From a virus (taxonomy: Duplodnaviria; Caudoviricetes), in the IMG/VR virus record IMGVR_UViG_2974778117_000001, positions 1-64,000 of that record: a DNA stretch of 64,000 nucleotides. One strand, written 5' to 3'. The notes beneath the pieces were generated by a model, which worked only from the letters and a program-made list of their open reading frames with translations, was not told where the DNA came from and searched no databases. A program made the position numbers and the translations under genes. Every line of letters starts with the position of its first letter. Within the stretch, counting starts at the first letter, position 1. Shown here in pieces: positions 39,111 to 49,194 of this stretch.

Positions 39111-39554
39111 ATGCCTAGCTCAACTGCTTCCAAGAAGCAACACGAAGATCTGATGAACTGGTACCTGAAGGGCGTGGATTTCACTCCGTCAGCTAACCTG
39201 TGGGTGGCTCTGTACGTCACCGCTCCTGCTACCGATGGTACAGGCGGCGTTGAGGTGAACAGCAGCCTTGGCTATTCACGAATTGCAATCCCTCGAGCGC
39301 AGGGCGCGGGCTCGTCCCAAGGTTGGCAAGGACCAACCGGCGTCAACTACGAGTACAGCAACTTCCTAGAAATCGTGTTCGGTGCGCCGACCGGCAACTG
39401 GGGCACAATCGTAGGTGCAGCGCTGATGGATGCTCAGACAGGTGGCAACCTGCGATACTGGGCGGCGCTGACGACGCCCAAGACCGTGAACAACGGCGAC
39501 GGTGCGCCTCGCATCCTGGCAGGTCAGCTCAAGATTCAGCGTGCAACATGCTGA
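39111..39554 (+). CDS. Phage tail/virion protein
   Basis: GGAGAGG RBS; LWVALYVTAP..GGVEV..YSRIA..WGTI..DAQTGGN family pattern. Confidence 0.75.
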   Translation: MPSSTASKKQHEDLMNWYLKGVDFTPSANLWVALYVTAPATDGTGGVEVNSSLGYSRIAIPRAQGAGSSQGWQGPTGVNYEYSNFLEIVFGAPTGNWGTIVGAALMDAQTGGNLRYWAALTTPKTVNNGDGAPRILAGQLKIQRATC

Positions 39555-39580
39555 TGTCTACTGAGACGATCTAATCAAAG

Positions 39581-39612
39581 AGAAACCCCGGTCAAGCCGG
39601 GGTTTTCTTTTT
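39581..39612. terminator. Bidirectional intrinsic terminator
   Basis: AGAAACCCCGG-TCAAG-CCGGGGTTTTCT plus T-run between convergent genes. Confidence 0.75.
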
Positions 39613-39817
39613 CCGATACGAAACTGGGGAACCGGAAGACCTTCCACTCTCCAGAGGTCAAGAGGGTCGATGACCCTCTCTTCCGTCTTCGAGAACTTGA
39701 CGCCCTTGTGCATGTTCCGGACGACTTTCTTGGTTTCCTTCTCGGCGTCCTTGTCCTTGACGATGTGAACCTCTCGTCTACCTTCGGGCGTGGTCGAGAC
39801 GAAACTCAGAAACTTCA

Positions 39818-40657
39818 TCAGTGCCCCTTCACGATGAAGCTGACGAGCTCCTTCGCCTGGGGCACGATAAGGTCCGGGTTGTTGCCGGCGCGAACCAGGG
39901 CGAAGATCACTTCAGCGCGCAGTTCGCGATCACCCACAATCTCCGATTCCTTCTCAGGGGTAGTGACTGGAGGATCGGGAACGAAATCATTGCGCTTCAG
40001 GTTCGCCAGGGCCTTCTGTGCCAGCTCCAGATAGTCAAACGCTGACATCAGACCGGCACCCTCGGCGCTGAAGGAATCCACGAGATCCTCACAGCTCAGA
40101 CGACGCCACGGCTCAGCGGGCAGCCACTCTTCGCTGGTCCGATCCACGCTGAGCCGTGGCATACCTTCATACAAGCCGAGCTGGACGCGAGTGTGACCAT
40201 CTTCAGTCTCGTAGGCATCGAAGCCCATCCAGATCGGCTGTCCGTCACCGCCAGATCGTTCGATGAAGGTGTTGATCGCCTCGATGTCATTTTCCAGGTC
40301 GTGCAAAGGCTGCACCGACAGGAAGTTCTGGAAGATCACTTCACTCGCCGGGTACTTGGAAGGTGCTTTTCGTATCAGGTCGAAGACTGACTGGAGTTCG
40401 GCGCAAGACTGCTTCCAGCCCTTGGTGTCATCGACGGTGTAGGGTACGACACTGAACACATTCGCATCGAACAGCTCTTCATTCGAGTCGATCCTCGGAC
40501 GCTTCTCGAAGATGGTGACCGTACCATCCAGATCGACTGCGATGAACTTGGAAGTGGTAGAACCACTAGTGTTCTCGATTTCCGAAAGCAGATCAACGCC
40601 TCGCTCAGTTGCTTCCTTGATAACCTTGTTCCAGAACTTGTCGGACTTGATGCTCAT
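39818..40657 (-). CDS. Hypothetical protein with FIAVDLDGTVTIF..P motif
   Basis: ORF track. Confidence 0.75.
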   Translation of the reverse strand: MSIKSDKFWNKVIKEATERGVDLLSEIENTSGSTTSKFIAVDLDGTVTIFEKRPRIDSNEELFDANVFSVVPYTVDDTKGWKQSCAELQSVFDLIRKAPSKYPASEVIFQNFLSVQPLHDLENDIEAINTFIERSGGDGQPIWMGFDAYETEDGHTRVQLGLYEGMPRLSVDRTSEEWLPAEPWRRLSCEDLVDSFSAEGAGLMSAFDYLELAQKALANLKRNDFVPDPPVTTPEKESEIVGDRELRAEVIFALVRAGNNPDLIVPQAKELVSFIVKGH

Positions 40658-41112
40658 TGCGAAATCTCCTCTTTGATTGCCACCGCGATGGTAGCGATTG
40701 TGATCAGGGGTACATCAATGTTATGCTCGCGCAGCTGGTCACGCAGCACGGTCATGATACGCCACGATGCGTCTTGAACGGTCTGAGGTTCTTCATCTTC
40801 GCACAAGATCCACTTCAGCTCAGAGTTCATGAAGAGCAGGGTGGGCGACAGATCACCAGCTCTAGCTGGTGACTGGATGGCAGACCAGGAACGATGGAAT
40901 TGGAAATTGTCGTTCGACATCCACTCTTCACCGTCCCACACCGGACAGTGATTGAACAGATAGACACGACCGTTCGGGTCAATGGTGATGGCAACTACCC
41001 TGTTCGGATCGATGGTTTCTTGCCATTGGTCTTGTGCTTGATTCACACAGAATTTCAGGGACTCAGCCTCACGGCGAAGCCACTGTTTCCATTCATTACG
41101 GGTTAGAGCCAT
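40654..41112 (-). CDS. Hypothetical protein with ITIDPNGRVYLF..P motif
   Basis: GAGGAGG RBS; promoter at 41139-41167. Confidence 0.75.
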   Translation of the reverse strand: MALTRNEWKQWLRREAESLKFCVNQAQDQWQETIDPNRVVAITIDPNGRVYLFNHCPVWDGEEWMSNDNFQFHRSWSAIQSPARAGDLSPTLLFMNSELKWILCEDEEPQTVQDASWRIMTVLRDQLREHNIDVPLITIATIAVAIKEEISQ

Positions 41113-41138
41113 GATAACCTCCTCATTGTGGTTCATTG

Positions 41139-41332
41139 ATTGTAACGGCATGCTTCCTGGATGTCAAGGGCTTGATCTTTTGACGCTCACGCTATAGTAT
41201 CCCTTTGTCCGCCAGGAGACTTCTAGGCTGCCCCCTTTTTACAAAAGAGGTGTAGTCGATCTGTCGCTTGCCCTACTGGTAGAAGCATTATAACGTCTGC
41301 TCTTTACAGCGGTCAAGGGGTCTGGATAAATA
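41139..41332. promoter_or_regulatory. Promoter cluster: three sigma70-like promoters and one TAAATA
   Basis: Minus TTGACA-17-TACAAT (41167-41139); plus TTGATC-17-TAGTAT (41172-41200); minus TTGACC-18-TATAAT (41316-41287); TAAATA 41327-32. Confidence 0.65.
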
Positions 41333-41356
41333 CCTGGGACTTAAGAGGCACTATAC

Positions 41357-43231
41357 ATGGCAGGTTTCAAACAATCCTTGAAAGAACATCGTCCAGTTTC
41401 GCTGATCACGTTTGACGGTGACCAGTTCGATCCTGTGCTGCGTACTTCGCTTGCCAATCCCCCGGTGATCCTGGATGAGTCGGAGTATCAGAACAACGCT
41501 ATCCTCATGAACGAGCAGCCAGACTTCCCGGGCTATCGCATGGGTATGAGCTCGCTTGTCGGGCTAGAGCAGACTGACCAATACGCTATGGCGTTCGGCT
41601 ATAACGGCTACAATGCCTTGAACCCGAGCGGCTGGACCAAGACTCTGCTGCAGGTTCCACATATCGCAGCACTCGGCTTCCCAAACAACAATGGCTCGTT
41701 CAGTCTGTCGTTCATGTACTATCGCGATCAAGACGAGAACGCTGGCTGGCGTGAGACTCGACGCTCCTTGGGGCAATCTTACACCGATACGCTTCAGCGT
41801 CCGATCCTCCGTAAGGCGGGTGTATTTGACATTTGGTGGGAGGATTACTGGTCATCTCAGCACGTTGTGGCTTTGGTTGGCCCAGACAACAAGCGCATCA
41901 ACATCCGCAATGACACCTTGGACGGTGCAACTCAATCAGGATCGGCTAGCCGATTCTACAAGCGCAACCTGCTGTTCACATGCGTCTATGACTGTCAGCT
42001 GACCAGCCCAGGTGTCTACACTTGCAACTGGATCATCTACATCAACGGCAGAGAGCGCGCTCGTACCACATGGACAGCGCTTGACACTCCGCCTGTGGTG
42101 AATGCCGTTTCACCTATCGAAATTGGTGGGCGCATCAACTCAGCCGCTGTCCACAATGACCGCAACACCTCGTTCGTTATGCTCGATCAGATTGGCGTGT
42201 TCAACAAAGCATTCACCCCGGATCAGGTGGCGTGGCTGTGGAAGAAGTGCTTGGCTTACGACGATATGATCCATGCGTCCTATCCCAACAACTTCTGGAC
42301 GATGGGTGACGCAGATAGCCAAACCAACTTTGCTATGGTTGACAGTTCGCGTTCTAGCGATAGACGAGATGGTGTATACATTGGTGGCAACCAGTTGGCA
42401 ATCCGTGGTCGGGCTGGTCCTCCACGTCTTGGTGGTTCGGCTGTCACGTTCACCAATGGTGGCATGGCGGCTGTCCACTATCAACCCAGCGGTTACTCAC
42501 CAGTCTGGAATCCAGACGCCGACTATACCATTGAGCTATGGACGACATTCTCCAACGCAACCCGTGGCGTGATCTTCTCGAATCAGCGAGATGACCGTCC
42601 TTTCCCAGGTATGCTGCTGGAATGCAATCGTCGCAATAATCAAGACTATCCGGGAGCATTGCAGTTCTCGGTGGACAGCTCGACGTTTGTCCAGACTAAG
42701 CAATACAAGGCGGACAACTCACCTTACCACTTCGGTGACGGTCAGTTCCATCATGTGGTCATGATCCGTCGAGGCACGACCATTGAGCTATGGGTTGACA
42801 GTGAGCTGCACGCCACAGCCAACACAGCCATCAATCGTGTAAGCTCTCCGGGTCCGGGTCAGATCTATCTGATGAGCACGATGCCCGGCGCGCTGAACGT
42901 GAACGGCACTATGTGCTACCTCATCACCTATCCATATGCTTTGCAGAGTCAAGAGATCAAGGCGCGGTACAGTTACCGCTACTTGTATCGCATTCAGGGC
43001 AATGTGACGCTGCAGGGTTCACCATATCAAGCGAACGTTCGTGTCTTGAACACGATGACAGGTGAACTGATCACCCAGACCACGAGCGATCAGTCAACAG
43101 GCAACTATTCAATCAACTTGTATGACAACACCTTGCTCGACCTGTATGCTCTAAATATCCAGGACCCGAACATTCGCTATCGTATCTATGGGCCTATCCG
43201 CCCTGCAGAACTTGAGGATCTACCGCAATGA
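41357..43231 (+). CDS. Virion protein with LamG/concanavalin-like domains and a C-terminal adaptor domain
   Basis: YTIELW..DGQFHHVVMIRRG..ELWVDS LamG-like pattern; late promoter. Confidence 0.75.
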   Translation: MAGFKQSLKEHRPVSLITFDGDQFDPVLRTSLANPPVILDESEYQNNAILMNEQPDFPGYRMGMSSLVGLEQTDQYAMAFGYNGYNALNPSGWTKTLLQVPHIAALGFPNNNGSFSLSFMYYRDQDENAGWRETRRSLGQSYTDTLQRPILRKAGVFDIWWEDYWSSQHVVALVGPDNKRINIRNDTLDGATQSGSASRFYKRNLLFTCVYDCQLTSPGVYTCNWIIYINGRERARTTWTALDTPPVVNAVSPIEIGGRINSAAVHNDRNTSFVMLDQIGVFNKAFTPDQVAWLWKKCLAYDDMIHASYPNNFWTMGDADSQTNFAMVDSSRSSDRRDGVYIGGNQLAIRGRAGPPRLGGSAVTFTNGGMAAVHYQPSGYSPVWNPDADYTIELWTTFSNATRGVIFSNQRDDRPFPGMLLECNRRNNQDYPGALQFSVDSSTFVQTKQYKADNSPYHFGDGQFHHVVMIRRGTTIELWVDSELHATANTAINRVSSPGPGQIYLMSTMPGALNVNGTMCYLITYPYALQSQEIKARYSYRYLYRIQGNVTLQGSPYQANVRVLNTMTGELITQTTSDQSTGNYSINLYDNTLLDLYALNIQDPNIRYRIYGPIRPAELEDLPQ

Positions 43232-44315
43232 CAATCATGAAGTCCGAGTGGACAACCCCTATCCAGATCGGCGATGATCTCGCCACACACAAAGACTGGT
43301 GGGCGTCGTTCCATGACGCGCTGATTAACAAATCGGTATGGACCTGGGAGCGAGTCACTGGTGACTTCGCAGACTTTAACTCCGTGACTGACGTGTCGTC
43401 GATAACCCCAATCAACGCAGGCTTCCGGATCTACAAGTTGGTGATGCGATGACGCTCTCTGGTCGATCACCGATCTATCTGCGCGTTGAGTACTGGAGCA
43501 ACTGGGACGGTACGACGTCCACAACGTCGGCACAGTCGACCCGTTCTTCGGTGAAGTATCCGCATGTTGTCGTCTACTTTGGTGGATCGGTTACATCGGC
43601 TGGCGTGGTTAGCGGCGGCACAATGTGGCAGTCATCGCCAGCTTACCCCAGCACGACGTACGCTAAGGGAACGGCGTCAGGTTTCACACAGATTCCAGCC
43701 TGTCAGAACTATATCTACACTGATACAGTGAAGGGACAATTTGCTATCGTGTTTGGTGCTTCATCCAAGAGTGGAGCATTGCCGAATCCATCTGGTGGTT
43801 ATCAGAAGTATGACGCTGTGCGTTTCACCTTTGAGCGTGAGTACAACATCGCCACAGGCGAAACGATGCCAAACTTCACGTCATTCATGATCACAAGCGA
43901 TCAGGCTTGGTCAATGACAGCCGCGTCTTCTGCCTATACAGGACGTTGGGTGAACTTTGATCACATCCAGAATGTTTGGGTCACACCATACGATCGCACG
44001 ATGTGTCGCTACCTAGGACAGTTCCAAGATGGTGGAGTATCTGCATACACAATGTATCAGCCATTCATGCTCTTCTCGAGCGCGCAAGGGTTGATTCCGT
44101 CTCGTTTCATGTATCTGTACAGAGCCGGCACAAAGACGCCATACACAGTATCGACTGTTTCAGTGAATGGCGTTCCTGTGGATATGATGCACCTTCCATA
44201 TCTGAGATGTGGTGTCATGGGAGCTTTGACTTCAGACATGAACTCATCGACTTCAATTGACGATTCAACTAACTGGCTGAGAAACACAGCCGTCTGCTAC
44301 GCAATGAGTCAGTAA
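43228..44315 (+). CDS. Virion/tail protein (two ORFs, probably one gene with an indel near 43445)
   Basis: GFRIYK...PIYLRVEY pattern continuous across frames. Confidence 0.55.
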
Positions 44316-44635
44316 TGCCAGATACCGTCTTGATCCCGAAGATCTACTTCGGAACAAACGCAACTCCAGTCTTTGATCGGTTTCTGCCCGCCGTCCAGAT
44401 GAATGGGTCGAAGACGATCTCAGGACGTGTGAGCGAGGGAACTGTACCCAAGGGTGGCTATCAGATGTTTCTGTTGATCCATGGGTCGCAGATTCCTATT
44501 ACACAAACGACGACAAGCTCTATCGGTGAATACTCGTTCACCGGCTTGCGCGACGATGTCATGTATGATGTCCTTGCGTTTGACCCAGTAAGTAAGTGGG
44601 AAGCGAAGGTATCATCGAAACGAATTGCAGGTTGA
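44315..44635 (+). CDS. Stand-alone carboxypeptidase-regulatory-like adaptor protein
   Basis: ISGRV..TTTSSIGEYSFTGL..YDVLAFDP. Confidence 0.7.
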   Translation: MPDTVLIPKIYFGTNATPVFDRFLPAVQMNGSKTISGRVSEGTVPKGGYQMFLLIHGSQIPITQTTTSSIGEYSFTGLRDDVMYDVLAFDPVSKWEAKVSSKRIAG

Positions 44636-44638
44636 TCT

Positions 44639-46095
44639 ATGGCATATCTAGAAGGCACATGCACAACAGGTGGAGTCGCCACCCAGGCGTCAAGGTTTAC
44701 GCATTCCGCACCGGGCAATGGGGAGCACCTGCATCAGGTATTAGCGACTTTGAAGGAAAGTGGCGAATTGAAGGTTTGGTCGATGACGTTCCGTATGACG
44801 TCGCTTTCGTGCATCCAGATGGACAGTGGGAAGGTAAGATGTCAAGTCGACGCATGCCTATCTTCGATCCGTTTGCCGATCCATACTGGGAAGACACAAC
44901 TCTACTCGTTCACTTTGATGACGTTGCTGGTCAAACCCCGACGAATGAACGCGGCATCACAGGATTCCGAATTGGAGGAACTGGGGCGTTGATTGCAGAC
45001 ACTGCTCCAACTCCCAAGTTTGGAACAGGAGCCTTGAACATCAATAACGGCGCCACTGCTGCCGGATGCTGGTTTGGCACAGGTGCATCAACCGGTATTG
45101 TCGCCGACACCAATCCTATGTATATGGGTTCCACTGACAACTTCACTGTAGAGGGTTGGTTCTATTGCCGAAGTGGCGTGGCGACCAACACCTACCGAGA
45201 CATCTGCATTCTTGCAGCCAACGACAAAGGCATCGTCATCAACGGCAGCAGCCAGATCGTCTACTACGACGGCGGCATCAAGATCCAAGGCCCAAGCATG
45301 ACTGATCTATATGATAAATGGGTGTGGCTTGTCGTCCAGAGAGAAAACGGCATAACGGGGATGTGGCTAGACGGTCAGAGAATCGGCACTTTTGGTGATA
45401 CGGGAGTCAAAAACGCTTTCCGAATCGGATCCAACACCCAAGCGTCTGAACAATTCTTCGGCGGTCTAGATGAATGGAGACACACGAGGGCAGCCAGATA
45501 TCCGGGATCTCCTGTGACTATTCAAGTTCCGACCGCTCCGTTCACACCAGGAAACCCAATCCGGTCAGATAGTTTCACTGTACCTCGTCTTTGGAATTAC
45601 GAACAGACCTTCGGTTCGGCAACTTGGACAATTACTTCTGGTAGATTGAATGTGGATCAATCTACCAGCTCGACAGTCTTTGTCAGGCGAGATTTCTCTT
45701 CACAGAACCTATTCTGTGAAGCTGAGATCTTCCAAGCTCAAGACTCTGGGTTTGTTTGGAGGTACATTGACACGAGCAATTACTACCTGATGTCTCTGAT
45801 GGATGATCAGGCACCGTTGGAACCTAATACTTTGAAGATTTACAAGCGTGTCAATGATGCTTATACACAGATCGGATCCACAACGCCAATCACCTTGACT
45901 CGCGGAACAGCCAACAAAGTGCGGATGGAGATGACGGGTTCTACTATCACTGTTCTGATCAACGGTACGCCAGTCGGATCATTCACCGATACATCAATCG
46001 CAGTCTCTGGTCGAATGGGCTTCAAGGCTGCTGCAGGTTCGGGCTATAACGGACAGCTGTCTGTTGACAACTTCAAGTGGGACACACTCCTATGA
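44639..46095 (+). CDS. Tail fibre/receptor-binding protein with LamG domains (indel near 44680)
   Basis: DPYWEDTTLLVHFD..FTVEGWF..GGLDEWRHTRAARY. Confidence 0.75.
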
Positions 46096-47075
46096 TGCCG
46101 ATGTTCTTCAATCACGATACGCCTGGCGCACCACTGCTAACGGGCGGACAGAACTTCAATCTAAGCCTCGTCTTGAAGTTCTGTCTGGTGCAGGCGGGCT
46201 GGACTGTCGTCTGGGAAGACGCGACGGCTCGCAAGATCTGTTTCCGCAATGATGCCAACGAGGGTAATGGCTGCTACTTCCTGGTCGATGAGACTCCAGC
46301 GAGCATGGCTTACATGGACATTGGCGAAGGCTGGGACGACACAACCAAGACGCTGATCAACAATGTGGCTCTTGCTAGCCCTTGGACACGTGGCACATAT
46401 AAGGGCGCATCAGCCGATAATCGCCAATGGTGGATTGTGGCGGACAATCGTACCTTCTATGCACAGATCAGTGGCAAGTTCCTGGGGCAGGCAGTCGAGA
46501 CAGTAGACGGAACCGTCGGCAGCTGGTACCAGTGGCCCTTTGCTGCTGGTGACTATACTCGATTTGACGGGAAGCCGGGTGTATTCCTCGCTGCGACTTG
46601 GTCGAACAGTGCATCACTTCCGTCTCAATCTAACAACAGCATTGGAGTTACTGGTTACAGCCTGCCAGACATGAACCGCTCAAAGCCGAGTATCGGCGTG
46701 ACAAGAGGTGCCGATGGTAAGATCGCTTCCTCTTGCGTCGCCGCTTTGGTGCCAGCTACGTATAACTCGGGATACATCATCGGTGAGTCATCTTCGGTGA
46801 TCATTGCCGACAATCCGTACTTGACATTCTCGCAAAACTACATGCTATACACGTCCAACGCCAACTCCAACACAATGGGAGTTAGTGGGGTATTCCGCGG
46901 ACTCTGGTATCCAAACTTCAGAGTCTACTCGGTATGTTCGGGCGTTCAGCTCGATCAGACTTGGCGTTCTCTTGGCAATAGCAATTTCAGTGAGCTGTTG
47001 ATCTTCGCAGGTAAGGACAGTAACTCGACTGGTAGCATCTGGTACATGGGTGTCGAAAAAGGAAGACCTTGGTGA
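46092..47075 (+). CDS. Virion tail-associated protein
   Basis: DTPGAPLL..VLKFCLV..GWT..RQWWIVADNRTFY family pattern. Confidence 0.7.
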   Translation: MMPMFFNHDTPGAPLLTGGQNFNLSLVLKFCLVQAGWTVVWEDATARKICFRNDANEGNGCYFLVDETPASMAYMDIGEGWDDTTKTLINNVALASPWTRGTYKGASADNRQWWIVADNRTFYAQISGKFLGQAVETVDGTVGSWYQWPFAAGDYTRFDGKPGVFLAATWSNSASLPSQSNNSIGVTGYSLPDMNRSKPSIGVTRGADGKIASSCVAALVPATYNSGYIIGESSSVIIADNPYLTFSQNYMLYTSNANSNTMGVSGVFRGLWYPNFRVYSVCSGVQLDQTWRSLGNSNFSELLIFAGKDSNSTGSIWYMGVEKGRPW

Positions 47076-49162
47076 GTAGCACAAATCAAATCCCATACGC
47101 TTTCGCCGGTACAAAGACGAAGATGCCCTATCTTGGTTCCGGCTATATCGCTGGCGAAGCGCCGCCTCCACTTGTTCCAGATCATCCGGACGGTAGAACC
47201 TATGTCGACTACCAGATCAAGCCTCTGGTTGTCAAGGTATTGCATGCAGACTCGTTCACCCCAATCTCTGAGGTGAAGTCTCTGCCGGATGGCACATGGC
47301 GCATTGAGGGCTTGGACCCAGCCCAGCGATATCAGGTGATCTTCCAGAACGACACCTACAGAGATAGCAGCAACACGCTATACAACTCCTTCATCCAGGA
47401 TTGGATCACGGCTGTCCCTATGCCCTATGTAGCTCCAGCCGATGAGCTGCTGATGGCTGTGCCTCTCGTCATGGAAAGATGGGCTATGCCGTCTACGATT
47501 CAGGCTTGGTCTGTCAATGGTGGCGTCTTGACGACTCCCACCTTCTCCGGGTCATTCACTGGAGTTACAGTCGAAACCAACAAGACTAGCGTGAATGTGC
47601 GGCTAGTGCCTGTGCAACAGATCGGCACGTACACCTTGCAGGTGTCGGCTATTAAAGACACAAACACTATCACGACCGGCTTGAGATCCTTCAGAATCCG
47701 ACCGCAGCAGGTAGACACACAGCAGTTCATCCGCTTTGCTTTGCTTGGTACAACGCCAGGCCCGGCTAGCGCTATTTCCACTTGGAATCGTGCGTTGAAC
47801 AACAATGGCACCTTGACAAACGGAACGTTCACTGCAGATGCGGACGCGCTATCGCCAGACTATCCTGTGTCTCTGAACAGCAACTGGTCAGCTGATATCA
47901 TCTCTGGTGGTATGTTCAATGATGGTGCAGGTAACTGGATCTCTCTGAACAACGGCTACAACAATGGAGTCACGGTCGAGGGTTGGTTCAATGTGTCGAC
48001 TTGGCCCACTACCGATTCAGCTATGCTGACGTCGATCCAGACATCCAATGCTGCATCATCGCTTATCGGCTTGACCCTTTTGCCATCCAAGAGGATTGGC
48101 ACAATCATGAAGTATGGCTCGACCAACTCGGCTAGGTTCGAGAATGTAGGTGAAGCCGACTACACGTTGCCGACTGGCGAGTGGTTCCATGTGTTGGTCC
48201 ACATTCCTCCCAGTCAAGCTGACGGCTATCTGTACATCAACGGGCAGTATGTGGATAAGTGGTCGATGATCAAGAGGAACACAGTTCCTACCAACACAAA
48301 CCTGACCATCGGCTATGTCACCTTCATGTGCAACAATGGTCAGGGCTGCACAGGAACAGCTGTGGCCAAGTGTAACAGGGTTGTGTGGCTTGAGAGTCGC
48401 TTCTCTAACCAGAACTTCACTCCGTCAAAGAACAAGTATCACGAGTATCAAGCCACCGTCCATTGTGCCACCTATGGGGTCAACGGCAAAACTGTGAATG
48501 AGATGAGCTCTTGCGATGGCACATGGAACACGACAGGTAACACAAACTCGAGGCCTGTGTTCGATCCAGTCGAGGGTGTGGTCTTCCCGAACACAACAGC
48601 GACAGATGGATATGCCTGGATCAACATTCAGCGAGGATATGGCGGTGTCAAGGGTTCGTTCTGTCTGGATGTGTGGTTCAAGCCACTGACGGCATATAAT
48701 GGCGACAAGAACATCATTCAGCTCGGCAACGCGGGCTCATCTGATGGACGCATGCACATCGCCCTGAACAATGGTAAGCTGAAGTCGTTCTGTGCGCCAT
48801 ACACAGCTGCGACGGGTGTCACCATGAACGGGACGACGGTGCTTAACAACAACCAATGGTATCTAGCCACCTTGTGCTGCGATGTGATCCAGCGCGAGTG
48901 GAGACTCTATCTGGATGGTACGCTTGAGGCTAGCATCGCTGACCCCACGCTTGCACCGTTGGCATTGCCGGCTACCTCGTCTCTGATCCAGATCATCTTG
49001 GGCGGTCGGCATCCACTGAGTACTGCAAGTGGTACGATTCCGTCATTCCATGGCGTCATCGGTGCAACACGATTGACTGTCAATGGACCTCGCTACTACT
49101 CCGGCTTTACGCCTACCGGCATCGGCGCATGGGATGCACTGCCAGCTCGCCCAGCGGCTTAA
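47072..49162 (+). CDS. Tail fibre/receptor-binding protein with two LamG-like domains
   Basis: N-terminal SLPDGTWRIEGLD adaptor; VTVEGWF..GEWFHV..YING and FCLDVWF..QWYL..LYLDG. Confidence 0.75.
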   Translation: MSSTNQIPYAFAGTKTKMPYLGSGYIAGEAPPPLVPDHPDGRTYVDYQIKPLVVKVLHADSFTPISEVKSLPDGTWRIEGLDPAQRYQVIFQNDTYRDSSNTLYNSFIQDWITAVPMPYVAPADELLMAVPLVMERWAMPSTIQAWSVNGGVLTTPTFSGSFTGVTVETNKTSVNVRLVPVQQIGTYTLQVSAIKDTNTITTGLRSFRIRPQQVDTQQFIRFALLGTTPGPASAISTWNRALNNNGTLTNGTFTADADALSPDYPVSLNSNWSADIISGGMFNDGAGNWISLNNGYNNGVTVEGWFNVSTWPTTDSAMLTSIQTSNAASSLIGLTLLPSKRIGTIMKYGSTNSARFENVGEADYTLPTGEWFHVLVHIPPSQADGYLYINGQYVDKWSMIKRNTVPTNTNLTIGYVTFMCNNGQGCTGTAVAKCNRVVWLESRFSNQNFTPSKNKYHEYQATVHCATYGVNGKTVNEMSSCDGTWNTTGNTNSRPVFDPVEGVVFPNTTATDGYAWINIQRGYGGVKGSFCLDVWFKPLTAYNGDKNIIQLGNAGSSDGRMHIALNNGKLKSFCAPYTAATGVTMNGTTVLNNNQWYLATLCCDVIQREWRLYLDGTLEASIADPTLAPLALPATSSLIQIILGGRHPLSTASGTIPSFHGVIGATRLTVNGPRYYSGFTPTGIGAWDALPARPAA

Positions 49163-49194
49163 ATAGAATGGAGTAAGTTCAAGGGATTCTATCT

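Noticed and set aside
37419-39554. 711-aa gp5 fusion protein
   Set aside because: An RBS and ATG at 39111 and a probable IGLN-stop near 39100 indicate two genes joined by an indel.
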